From Porphyridium purpureum (Eukaryota): a stretch of 64,000 nucleotides of DNA. The notes beneath the pieces were generated by a model. That model worked only from the letters and a program-made list of their open reading frames with translations. It was not told the origin of the DNA and searched no databases. The translations under genes and the position numbers were made by a program. Positions 20,436 through 29,797 of this stretch are shown in pieces. How positions within the stretch are numbered: the stretch's first letter is position 1; each line of letters opens with the position of its first letter. The stretch spans positions 434,001 to 498,000 of the forward strand of contig VRMN01000004.1 of the NCBI GenBank assembly GCA_008690995.1, written 5' to 3'.

Positions 20436-21056
20436 ATGGAGCCTAGACAGGTGCCGAGGTCGAGGCGCGAAGAGCTGGCGCAGGTGCGCGCGAACCTAGA
20501 GCGAGCGCGAGCGGAGAATGTGGATTTGGTAAACGGGGCGCATGAAGAAGAGGCGGCGCACGCGTCGACTGGTGCAGCGCCATATCATGGCTCAAGAAAG
20601 TCAGGCACAGGAACGGTCGGTAGGCTGGTGTTTCTGCGTTCGGCTGCAGAGCTTGAGTACGATGAGCAAAAGAAACACAGCAAGCGCGGCTTGAAGCGGG
20701 GTTGCGATGCAGCCAACGAGATTGCGTTCGACCCAGAAGGGGATTCGGTTCGAGAGCACGAAAAACGCGTCAAGGGCATGCGACCGGTGCCTGGTGATGC
20801 CCAGGATACTGGCGTGGACAAGCAGGTCTACATCGAAGAATTGAGAGACCGCGTCAGCCGAGAGGTCCAGCGGAGAGTCCGACGAAGCGGCGCGAAACGG
20901 CGAGCCGTCAAAGAAAGTGCCGAGATGGGGATCAGCGAAAAGAACAGGCGCTTCAATGAAGTAGCGGAGCGCGCGTACAAGGACGATGCGGCGCCAATCA
21001 AGGCAGACCTGGAGCGCGGTACCGCGCTGCCTGATTTCACAGGCACAGGCGTGTGA
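20436..21056 (+). CDS. SYF2: Pre-mRNA splicing factor SYF2
   Basis: C-terminal ISEKNRRFNEVAERAY...IKADLERGTAL matches the SYF2 signature (INERN..FN...ER.Y...IK..LERGTA). Confidence 0.88.
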   Translation: MEPRQVPRSRREELAQVRANLERARAENVDLVNGAHEEEAAHASTGAAPYHGSRKSGTGTVGRLVFLRSAAELEYDEQKKHSKRGLKRGCDAANEIAFDPEGDSVREHEKRVKGMRPVPGDAQDTGVDKQVYIEELRDRVSREVQRRVRRSGAKRRAVKESAEMGISEKNRRFNEVAERAYKDDAAPIKADLERGTALPDFTGTGV

Positions 21057-21078
21057 AGGTTTCTCGCAGCCTCTTTAT

Positions 21079-21729
21079 TCAATCGTGGTCGGCAGCCAGC
21101 TCCTTCGCAATGAGCGCGGCATACTTGCGCGCTGTCTTATTTGCATTGATCAGCATGATCATTCCCGGTCCTCCCCATACCAGGCGGTCGGCAAAGTGCT
21201 TCATGCCGCCACCTACAGGGCGTACGTCCACCGCGCCCATGCGGCGCATGTATGCCGTCAACCGTTGATGCTGTTTGGTTCCGTCCTTTATAGCAAGCCC
21301 GTATACATTCTCAATGCCGCGCTCGCGTGCTTTGAGAATCGCCAGCAGACCCAGCAATGCACCTAGCTGCAGCCATTTTCGCTCCCGCGGTTTCGTTTCC
21401 TGCTTTAGAATCGCTGCAGCATCCGTTTTCACGGCTTCGACGTGCAACCGTCCGGGGAACACAAGACATTGAATAAAGCCGGCGACTTTGTCCGTGTCAC
21501 CGGTGCACCGCGCTTCGTAAACTATTGTCACGGGCGAGCTCTTATTAAAAACAGAATACCCTCGCTTCTCCAGCACCTGCAGCACCTGTTCACTCGAAAC
21601 CGTCGTCTCGTCGGCCAGGTCCTGATCATCGATCTCACCAGCACGCACACAAACGCTCACGTCTCGTCCATGGTTCCCTGTCCAGCGGATTGTTGCGGGC
21701 ACGGTAGTTTGCGCAAACGCAAGGGCCAT
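21079..21729 (-). CDS. Conserved uncharacterised plastid-targeted GNAT-like protein (plant/cyanobacterial family)
   Basis: LGALLG...GLAIKDG..QHQRL..YMRRMG...DRLVWGGPG resembles the LLAI.D...H..LV.FY...G...LVWGG.G family; presequence MALAF. Alternative ATG at 21768. Confidence 0.7.
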   Translation of the reverse strand: MALAFAQTTVPATIRWTGNHGRDVSVCVRAGEIDDQDLADETTVSSEQVLQVLEKRGYSVFNKSSPVTIVYEARCTGDTDKVAGFIQCLVFPGRLHVEAVKTDAAAILKQETKPRERKWLQLGALLGLLAILKARERGIENVYGLAIKDGTKQHQRLTAYMRRMGAVDVRPVGGGMKHFADRLVWGGPGMIMLINANKTARKYAALIAKELAADHD

Positions 21730-21766
21730 CGCGGAGCTCGTTGCATCGTCTTCAACGAATCGCTCC

Positions 21767-23605
21767 ATGTTTGTTGCATGCGCGCCGTTCCTTCCGCATC
21801 GGCGACAGCACCGGCGGCTCCCTCTCCAGCACGATGTCAGTCGTCGCCGCCCTTGTGGCGACATGCGCGTGAGCACAACGCATCGAGCGGCGACAGGGGG
21901 CACACCAGATACAGGAGGGAAAGGAGAGGGCAGAACGTTGCGGCGATGGCTGCGACAAAGGGAAGCGCTTGTACGGCGCGTGGTTCAAGTGCTCAGGCGC
22001 GAGTACGGCGAAGCAAGAGAGCAGGTGCAAGAGGAGCTGGCGAGCCTGGACGCGATCGTGGCGGGCGAAGCACAGAATGACAAAGTGCGAGTCGAGCGGC
22101 TCGTGGTACCGAACGCGGCAACGAGCCTCGGGCTACCGCCCTGGGAGTCGCGTGTGAAAGAACGTGTGCTCCAGTCTCTGGTCGGCGACCGCACTGACGA
22201 GACGCTCCTAGTGTGGGAGCAGCTTGAAAAGCTGGTTGAGAAGGACGTGTGCGCACTCGAACGGGTGGTATGCTCTATGCTAGAAGGAGACGATCACTTT
22301 GACGATGACGCGCACGTGCGCGCCACGCTCGCACTGGCACAACTTCTGGAGGTCGCCCATTTTGGAGTCTTGTCGGAGCAGCAGTATGCAATGCAGCCCG
22401 CCAGTACGTCACAAGAGTCACAGGCTGCCGACGAAATCCAAAAGGTCAAGAAAACTAGGATACTCCTGGACTTTGGTAAGACAGACGCATCGGTGTTGGA
22501 AAATGCAGGTCATGGCACAGCGATGCAGCATTCGGTATTTGCACCGCACTACGCGATTTGGTGGCGATCACTAGCCGTCGAGAAAAAGTATGGGATGCTT
22601 GTTGGTCAGAAATTGGGAATTTTTGAAGGCTCCTTGGCAGTGCGGTGGCGCAGCCAAGTGGACAGCCTGATCTTGTGTGCAATCGGGCAAATGACGAAGA
22701 ACCGTTTGCTCTCGCCACTCGCAATCAAGCGACGTGCTGGCAAGGGCGCGTCATCCGACCTTGAGCTGGAGAGGCTTTCGGCACCAACTCATTCAGACGA
22801 CGTGCAGGTAGCGCGCGTGTTTCCAAATCCATTCTGGGATGCGGGCCTCAAGCGCGTGTATCGCCTATTCTTCCCTGCGTTTTCGCGAGAGCCATGTTTC
22901 CAGCTGTTGGTCACATTTCGCTTTGCTGCGGAAAAGACGTCATGGGCGGCAGAGGAAACTGCAGTGAACTGGCAGTCGGAAGGCGCGGATCAAGCCGGCC
23001 TGGATGTTGCCAAGCGGCCGCGTACGGTTGAAGAAAGGAAGCCGAAGCAGACGCGGAAGTACCCAGACTTGCGGCTCTTTCGGATGGTTCCGTGGGACGA
23101 CGTGGAAGGATGCCTTGCAGATTATTATGCCATTCCCTATACCGCGGACCTGCTCCGTGTCGATCTGCTTTCACTAGGTGGCCTTGTCGCCGCCGTCTTT
23201 GCGTACGTGAACCAGTCGAGCGACACGCTTGTGATCCTTTCTGTCTTGCTGGCCATCGCTAGATATGGCTGGAAAATCCGCAGCGTACTGTCCAAATCAG
23301 CGCGCGACCGGGAGCTTCTTGTTATGGGCAAAGCTTACGAGCGATTATACGCCACGGGTGTGCCGGCCGTTCGATACATCTCAGCTCTCGCGTGTGAGCA
23401 AGAGTCGTTCGTGACCTGCCTGGTGTACGTTGTGCTCCACTTTCCAGAGTTTGGGTTTGCGGGCAAACCGCTGGATCGGGTTGATTCGAGCGCCGTCGCA
23501 GGAAGCGTGAATGACATCCTGCGTGAGCGCCTGGGCGTGCCGAGCAGCCGCGTGCGTTTAGAAGCTATTGAGCGCTGCATCGAACGCGTAGCGTCGCTGA
23601 CTTAG
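21767..23605 (+). CDS. DUF3754/TMEM143-like membrane protein, probable plastid transit peptide
   Basis: LRLFRMVPWDDVEG...ADLLRVDLLSLGGL followed by two hydrophobic helices; MFVAC Arg-rich presequence. Confidence 0.65.
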   Translation: MFVACAPFLPHRRQHRRLPLQHDVSRRRPCGDMRVSTTHRAATGGTPDTGGKGEGRTLRRWLRQREALVRRVVQVLRREYGEAREQVQEELASLDAIVAGEAQNDKVRVERLVVPNAATSLGLPPWESRVKERVLQSLVGDRTDETLLVWEQLEKLVEKDVCALERVVCSMLEGDDHFDDDAHVRATLALAQLLEVAHFGVLSEQQYAMQPASTSQESQAADEIQKVKKTRILLDFGKTDASVLENAGHGTAMQHSVFAPHYAIWWRSLAVEKKYGMLVGQKLGIFEGSLAVRWRSQVDSLILCAIGQMTKNRLLSPLAIKRRAGKGASSDLELERLSAPTHSDDVQVARVFPNPFWDAGLKRVYRLFFPAFSREPCFQLLVTFRFAAEKTSWAAEETAVNWQSEGADQAGLDVAKRPRTVEERKPKQTRKYPDLRLFRMVPWDDVEGCLADYYAIPYTADLLRVDLLSLGGLVAAVFAYVNQSSDTLVILSVLLAIARYGWKIRSVLSKSARDRELLVMGKAYERLYATGVPAVRYISALACEQESFVTCLVYVVLHFPEFGFAGKPLDRVDSSAVAGSVNDILRERLGVPSSRVRLEAIERCIERVASLT

Positions 23606-23661
23606 TGCTTTTACATAGTTTCGTTACGATACATAATATACACCCCCGAGCGTTGCCGCTC

Positions 23662-24729
23662 CTAAATTTGGGTTTCCCATGTGTACAAACGGTGCCTCAA
23701 AAACTCGTATGAAGCCATCATGATGGCGCAGGCTGGAGCAACTTTACCGACGCGTGCTCCGATTCCTCGCGTAAACCCAACCGCGCCGTCTGCACTATAA
23801 ATAGCCCTCACGGTTTCCATCACACCGACCGATCCTTTCCTGCGGTTTGCCTGGAGTCTAGTCTTGACAACATCGGCCGGGTTTGTGGTGGCGGCGGCAA
23901 CCATGCCAGCCATCGAGCCAGCAAGTATGTAAAGCTCCATCGACCTTCCGGGATCCTTGTGCAAGTTGACACTTTGCAGCATTCTCTCAAGCATACCGTG
24001 GCGCGCCTTCAGGGGCTCGTATAACAGCCAGTAAATGCCCGAGAACGGAACGTCGCGAACCAGAGTCGGGCCAAGGCCCCTGAACAGCGCGCGAGCGCCG
24101 TCCGAGCGCCACACCGCTCGAATGTACGAAAGCGCTCTGGCAGCGTCCGAGTTTGCCGAATTCGCCTGAGCCCGTGTGCGCGCGAGTTCCAGCGGCGCGG
24201 CGAGCGTTGCGGTGATCGACCGGGCCGTCATGCCAGCCAGTAATGCCACCGTGGCTTTGCCTGTGCTACTACTACCGTCTTGGCGGCTTGCGTTCGCATG
24301 CAAGCTCATCATATACTCATAGAGCGTAAAATACACGCCCGTGGTGGGCACCGCCAGCATCATGGACGTGCCCAGTCCTCGCCAGAGCTCCCGCACGCCG
24401 TGCTGCCGCGGGATCCTCACGAGCGCATCGATGACGCCTCTGTAGTGGGACGCCGGATCGACGCAGGCCGCGGACGAACCGACGCCCTGTTGAAGCACGA
24501 CCTTTGAGTACCCCAATCCGACGGGCTCACAGGAATGCGCCTGCAGGCGCACTTTCACCACGTCGAGCGGCGTCATGACCAGCGCGGTCACGCACGCGCC
24601 GACCGACGAGCTCAGCGCGTTCCGCACCAGCATGCGCCAGCTCACTGACGTCCTACTGGACGTCGCGCCTTCCGTACTGCCCATCCCACCGTCTCGGTCC
24701 GTCTTCTCCCCGTCCTCACCCTCCCTCAT
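23662..24729 (-). CDS. Mitochondrial carrier, SLC25A39/40 (Mtm1)-like
   Basis: Three Px[DE]xx[KR]x[RK] motifs (PLDVVKVR, PLELARTR, PADVVKTR); RDVPFSGIYW and KVAPACAIMMASYE. Start uncertain. Confidence 0.9.
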   Translation of the reverse strand: MREGEDGEKTDRDGGMGSTEGATSSRTSVSWRMLVRNALSSSVGACVTALVMTPLDVVKVRLQAHSCEPVGLGYSKVVLQQGVGSSAACVDPASHYRGVIDALVRIPRQHGVRELWRGLGTSMMLAVPTTGVYFTLYEYMMSLHANASRQDGSSSTGKATVALLAGMTARSITATLAAPLELARTRAQANSANSDAARALSYIRAVWRSDGARALFRGLGPTLVRDVPFSGIYWLLYEPLKARHGMLERMLQSVNLHKDPGRSMELYILAGSMAGMVAAATTNPADVVKTRLQANRRKGSVGVMETVRAIYSADGAVGFTRGIGARVGKVAPACAIMMASYEFLRHRLYTWETQI

Positions 24730-24904
24730 TGCGCTCCCCCATCCTCCATCTTCCCACGTCCCCTCCGCCCTGTTCCTCCCGCCTTTCGCGCCTTGTTCCG
24801 ACCTTCCATCCAGTCTCATATCAAAACACGCCGCTTTCATAGAACACGCACCCGCGCGGCGACCCGCACGACAAAAAAAGCGCGATGCCAGCACACTTTC
24901 ACAT

Positions 24905-24975
24905 GGTACACTTATAGGTACACTTATAGGTACACTTATAGGTACACTTATAGGTACACTTATAGGTACACTTAT
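24905..24975. repeat. 12-bp tandem repeat GGTACACTTATA, about 6 copies
   Basis: Units at 24905, 24917, 24929, 24941, 24953 and 24965 (last is 11/12); lies between divergent genes. Confidence 0.95.
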
Positions 24976-25137
24976 GAGTACAGCGTCAGTCATGGTCACT
25001 GTACCTCTGGTTTGAGAACCGGGTTCGAGCTGCGCAGCCGCGGGGCAGAAGAAGATGGTTGCGAAGTGAGAGAAGGGAGACAGGCACGGGAGTCGGTCTG
25101 CGTCAGCGGTTGCGTGGGAGCGAAGGGTTAGGGCAGT

Positions 25138-25581
25138 ATGGCTGCCTTTGTTGGGCTCCAGCCGGCCGGTCTGGTGTACAGCGCCGGATGGCGCGTGGAG
25201 TATTCCGCAGAAAGGATGGCATTCGGTCGTTCTACAGGTCTTCGACGAGGACGTGGAACTCAAGTGTCACAAAGGTGCGCGCACACGATGCAGCTGCGGA
25301 GTCGCCGCGCGCATGGCTTGTACGCGTGTCAAGCAAGCGATCAGGTGCTTGCTTCGCCCGCGGCAACGCTCGTGTTGTGTCGCAGGTGCAAGCAAAAGTT
25401 TGATCCCGACAATAATACAGACAAGGTGTGTCGCTATCATACGGTCCATTGGGCGGGCCGGCTGAATCGCGTAGAGCCCACGGAAACGTCTGGCTTGGAA
25501 TGGATGTACTTTTGCTGCGGGGCTACAGAACAGGACGCGCCTGGATGCGAGGTCGATGTTCACGTATCATACGATGAGTGA
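25138..25581 (+). CDS. Small plastid-targeted Cys/His (CHORD-like zinc-binding) protein
   Basis: MAAFV presequence; CRRCKQKF...CRYH...CCGA....PGC....HVSYDE. Confidence 0.75.
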   Translation: MAAFVGLQPAGLVYSAGWRVEYSAERMAFGRSTGLRRGRGTQVSQRCAHTMQLRSRRAHGLYACQASDQVLASPAATLVLCRRCKQKFDPDNNTDKVCRYHTVHWAGRLNRVEPTETSGLEWMYFCCGATEQDAPGCEVDVHVSYDE

Positions 25582-25932
25582 TCCTGTTCCATTTGGTCAC
25601 ATCATGCGGGCCTTCTGACAAGCCGCAACACTCCGGGAGAGCGACCCCATCCTATTCGTTTCGTGGTGCGAAAAGTCAAAATCTAATGAGCATATTGTTG
25701 GACCGATCGTTCTGCCCCATGTTCCGTGTCGTTCATCTGTTTCGCTCGAACTGGAAGCTTGATCTACACGACGCGCGCGGATGACGTTGTCAGCTCGCGC
25801 GTGACTACTCGAGATAGTCGCAACGCGACGGCTGCGTCATCATCCGAACAATTTTGCTACCACCACCTCAAGGAGGAAACCCGTCCAGGCAAGTATAATG
25901 CACAGACGAGCTATATCAAAGAGGATGGAATA

Positions 25933-28900
25933 TTACTTCCGGAGCAAAGCGCAGAATTTGTCTTGTAGCTCGCGAATGGCGGCAATTTCTTGTTCGGTCT
26001 TCTCAATGCGCGTCTGCGTCTTTTCGCGAACGTGCTGCGGTACCTTGGTTTCATAGTCCGGAGCCTGGGTTTTCTGCTTATCACTCTCCAAGAGAAGACT
26101 CTTTTCAAGTGCACTCGCCTCCAACTTTTTCACCTCGGTCTCAAAGTCCACAATGCCCGTCAGCGCAATCGCAACCTCGCAATTATCATCCACCACGGAA
26201 GCCGCGCAGCCCACGGGCACGTCGCCGCTGCGCCCGACATCCAGTGGGGTGACCTGCTCGGACATGCACAACGTTTTGATCGGTCTTGCGCACCACACGA
26301 TGTCTCCCAATACGCCGGAGTCACGGCACACGATATACATCGCCGGCTTCACGTTTCGTGCGAGACCGTACGCATTGCGCAGCGTGCGGATCGCCTTCAC
26401 CACCTTCATGGCTTGCTCGAATGCACGGGCCGCGTCCTGAAGCGTGCTGTCAGTGTTGCTCTTCTCGGCGAGACTGGCAAGCTCACCAGGCAGCGGATAC
26501 GGTGCAATCATGATGGATTTCACCAAAGGTTCGTGCTGCAGCCGGTTCGGAAGCCGCTGGAAAAGCTCTTCAGTCACGAACGGCATCATAGGGTGCAGCA
26601 GACGCAGCCCAACGTGCAGACAATGGTAAAGGACGTGGCGCGAGTGCTGCTGCGCATCAGTGCCCAGCTCACCCAACATGGCTGGCTTGATACTTTCCAG
26701 GTAAATGTCACACAGCTCATAGAGCCAAAAGTTGTACGTTGCTGCGACCGCCGACGCGTAGTTGTACGCTTTGAACATGGTATCAACATCGCACACTGTG
26801 GTCTCCAGTTTTGACAGAATGAACAGGTCATTCGCAGAGCCAGCTGCGATGGCACTCCTTAAACCATCTTCCGAGTACACAAATGCCGAGCCCAAGTTGG
26901 ACAACGCAAATTTCGTCGCGTTCCACAGTTTGTTGCAGAAGTGTCGGTAACTAATCACGCGCTGCACGTCCAAATTCATGTTGCGAGGCTGAAGCGTGTA
27001 TGCAAGCAGACCAAAACGTAGCGCGTCCGCGCCGCATTCTGGTATACCGTCCGGAAAATCAGCTTTTTGTGCTTGCAACGCAATTTTGAGCTCTTTTGGA
27101 TCTTGGTTCGAGCCCTGTTTTACCTTCTCCAGTAATTGGTCCAGAGAACAGCCGGAGATCACTTCAAGCGGATCAATGATGTTGCCTAGAGATTTCGACA
27201 TTTTGCGGCCATTCTTGTCGCGGACCATGGCGTGCAAGTACACCGTCTTGAAAGGCAATGTACCTGTCAATTTCATTCCCAGCATTACCATCCGCGCCAC
27301 CCAGAAAAATAAGATGTCGTGCCCGGTTTCCAGCATGTTCGTCGGATAGAAAGCCTGCAAGTCTTCACTGTCCATGTCTGGCCACCCAAACACGGAGAAT
27401 GGAAAGAGACCGGACGAGAACCACGTGTCCAATACGTCCTCGTCCTGAACAAGCTCGAACGTTACGTCATCTCTGCCGAGTGTCTTGACTGCGCGCTCAT
27501 GGGCTTCGCGCTCGTCGCGCCCCACGACCCAGAGGTCGTCCTCCAAGTCGGGCACACCCACAATCTTGTACGCCGGGATTCGGTGACCCCACCACAACTG
27601 GCGCGAAATGCACCAGTCCTTAATGTTATCCAACCACGCATACCACGTGTCCCTGAAAATCTCGGGCTGGATGTCCAGCTCACCAGACCGAGCGGCTTGC
27701 GCCGCTGCTGCACCCATTTCTTTGCAGTTGACCCACCACTGTGGCTTGAGCATGGGTTCCACGACATCACCACTGCGCGAACAGACGCCCAGTCGCATCG
27801 CATTCTCCTCCTTGCCGCGTGCGCACCCAATCTTTTCTAGTTCGACCTCAAGAGCCTTGCGCGCCGCGTAACGCTGCATACCACTGAACTTGGGGCCACA
27901 ATGTTCATTGAGCTCGCCTGTATCTGTGAAGATGTTGACCTCGGGTAACTTATGGCGCTGTCCGCACAAAAAGTCGTTTGGGTCGTGCGCTGGGGTGACC
28001 TTGACCACACCAGTTCCAAACGACATATCAACAAGCTCGCGGTCGCCAATAATAGGAATTTTGCGATCCACAAAAGGGTGCAGCACATGCTGCCCAATCA
28101 AATGCTTGTACCGCTCGTCGTCTGGGTGGACAGCCACCGCCGTATCGCCCAGCATGGTCTCCAGGCGTGTAGTTGCGATCACCAACTCCTGTATGGATCC
28201 CGGCTCCGGCTTTTCCAGCTTGTAGCAGAACTTGGTCAGCACACCGAACTCAACAGGTTCCGAGTAACCGGGGATTTTCATCAAGGTGCGGCCGGGTACG
28301 TCCACATAATCCACTTCAATGTCAGAGAGTGCAGTGCGCAGAGTCACACACCAGTTCACAAGTCTGCGGTCACGATAAATGAGCCCATCATCGTAAAGCC
28401 TTACAAACGCCTCGCGCACAGCCTTGGACAACTTGTCGCTCAGCGTGAATTCTTCGCGCGTCCAATCGCACGACGAACCAAGGCATCGCAACTGGTTTGT
28501 GATCTTGCCACCGTAGAGCTCTTTCCACTTCCAGACCTGCTCGACGAACGCATCACGGCCCAAGTCGTGCCGAGACTTTTGTGACTCGCGCATCAACTGC
28601 TTCTCCACCACCACCTGCGTGGCAATCCCGGCGTGATCGACGCCAGGTAGCCACATCACCGGCCGCCCGTGCATGCGGTGCCAACGCGCCATTGTATCTT
28701 CAATTGCGCACATCAGCGTGTGGCCCAAATGCAAGGATCCGGTCACATTCGGAGGCGGGATCACCATCACGAATCTGTTTTCCTGCCCGGCCGCCTTGGC
28801 CACTTTTGGGTCGGCCTGGAAGTAGCCCTGCGCCTCCCACCAATCATACCACGCGGACTCTACGGCATTCGGATAATAGCCAGCCGCCATCTCCTCGGTG

Positions 28901-29253
28901 AGATGCTTGAAGTCGCCCTGGGGGGTAGTATTCACGTACGTGGTATCCTGCAACGCAGCTGCGGCCGCCTTTGCCTTCTTTTCCTTCTTCTCCTTCTTCT
29001 GCGGATCACCGGCCGCGCCGGCGGACCCCTGTGCGCCGTCGGCGCCATTCTGCGCAAGCGCCTTGGCCTGCTTCTTTTTATGCGCCTCCTCGAGCCTCCT
29101 GAACTTCTTCAGCTGCGACTTGGTCAGCTCCGCTTCGCGCTGCGGTTCGTCCATGCCCAGAAACTCCTCCAGCGTCAAGTTCGGGCGCAGCGACGTTCCA
29201 GCCTCCGCCTGCACGGCCGCCGGCGCACCGCCGCTTTCATCCTCTCCGGCCAT
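25933..29253 (-). CDS. VARS: Valyl-tRNA synthetase
   Basis: PPPNVTGSLHLGH (HIGH), DWCISRQLWWGH, DEDVLDTWFSS, KMSKS and a C-terminal coiled coil. Confidence 0.98.
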   Translation of the reverse strand: MAGEDESGGAPAAVQAEAGTSLRPNLTLEEFLGMDEPQREAELTKSQLKKFRRLEEAHKKKQAKALAQNGADGAQGSAGAAGDPQKKEKKEKKAKAAAAALQDTTYVNTTPQGDFKHLTEEMAAGYYPNAVESAWYDWWEAQGYFQADPKVAKAAGQENRFVMVIPPPNVTGSLHLGHTLMCAIEDTMARWHRMHGRPVMWLPGVDHAGIATQVVVEKQLMRESQKSRHDLGRDAFVEQVWKWKELYGGKITNQLRCLGSSCDWTREEFTLSDKLSKAVREAFVRLYDDGLIYRDRRLVNWCVTLRTALSDIEVDYVDVPGRTLMKIPGYSEPVEFGVLTKFCYKLEKPEPGSIQELVIATTRLETMLGDTAVAVHPDDERYKHLIGQHVLHPFVDRKIPIIGDRELVDMSFGTGVVKVTPAHDPNDFLCGQRHKLPEVNIFTDTGELNEHCGPKFSGMQRYAARKALEVELEKIGCARGKEENAMRLGVCSRSGDVVEPMLKPQWWVNCKEMGAAAAQAARSGELDIQPEIFRDTWYAWLDNIKDWCISRQLWWGHRIPAYKIVGVPDLEDDLWVVGRDEREAHERAVKTLGRDDVTFELVQDEDVLDTWFSSGLFPFSVFGWPDMDSEDLQAFYPTNMLETGHDILFFWVARMVMLGMKLTGTLPFKTVYLHAMVRDKNGRKMSKSLGNIIDPLEVISGCSLDQLLEKVKQGSNQDPKELKIALQAQKADFPDGIPECGADALRFGLLAYTLQPRNMNLDVQRVISYRHFCNKLWNATKFALSNLGSAFVYSEDGLRSAIAAGSANDLFILSKLETTVCDVDTMFKAYNYASAVAATYNFWLYELCDIYLESIKPAMLGELGTDAQQHSRHVLYHCLHVGLRLLHPMMPFVTEELFQRLPNRLQHEPLVKSIMIAPYPLPGELASLAEKSNTDSTLQDAARAFEQAMKVVKAIRTLRNAYGLARNVKPAMYIVCRDSGVLGDIVWCARPIKTLCMSEQVTPLDVGRSGDVPVGCAASVVDDNCEVAIALTGIVDFETEVKKLEASALEKSLLLESDKQKTQAPDYETKVPQHVREKTQTRIEKTEQEIAAIRELQDKFCALLRK

Positions 29254-29797
29254 CGATCACCGCTCGAACCCACCCGCGTCCAAGATCTTCCCCCGATCCC
29301 CTCAAACCCACCACCGACAACGCACATTACCGGTGCACCGCCGCGTCGCCGCCAGCACGGACGCAGTTCCCGGTTTCTCCGTTCGAACCGTTACTCATCT
29401 CCATAAACCGTTTAACGCGATCAATAAAGTACAGTGACTTTACGTCGATTTGAAGCAGTAGGGTACAGTGGTCCTTTCGTGGTATCCAATTTTTGTTGCT
29501 TATTTTTTTTGACTTCGAAGGTCGCGCACCATGCAGGAGACGACTGGCAGGCGGTGAGAGGGAGGGGGAGAGAGAGAGAGAGAGAGGGAGGGGAAGAGAG
29601 GAAAAGTTCAGTGCGAGAACAACGGAGGGAAGGGGAACGAGCTTGACATAGAAGGTGGGTTTACATTCACCCAGTCGCTGAGTGGAGTTGCGGCGGTGTG
29701 TGTCCGCATGCGCGTTGGTGGACGACATTGTATTCGTTGGGTATAGTGTGCCGACTGCGGCATTGAAGGGGGTTGGGGGTGGACACGGTGTGGGTCC

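Noticed and set aside
24730..25263. 178-aa N-terminal extension of the mitochondrial carrier containing (VPIS)n
   Set aside because: It overlaps the divergent gene at 25138 and runs through purine-rich leader-like DNA; more likely a chance open frame.
25990..29437. Several long plus-strand ORFs opposite ValRS (and similar ones opposite other genes)
   Set aside because: Expected antisense shadows of GC-rich coding sequence with no domain content.
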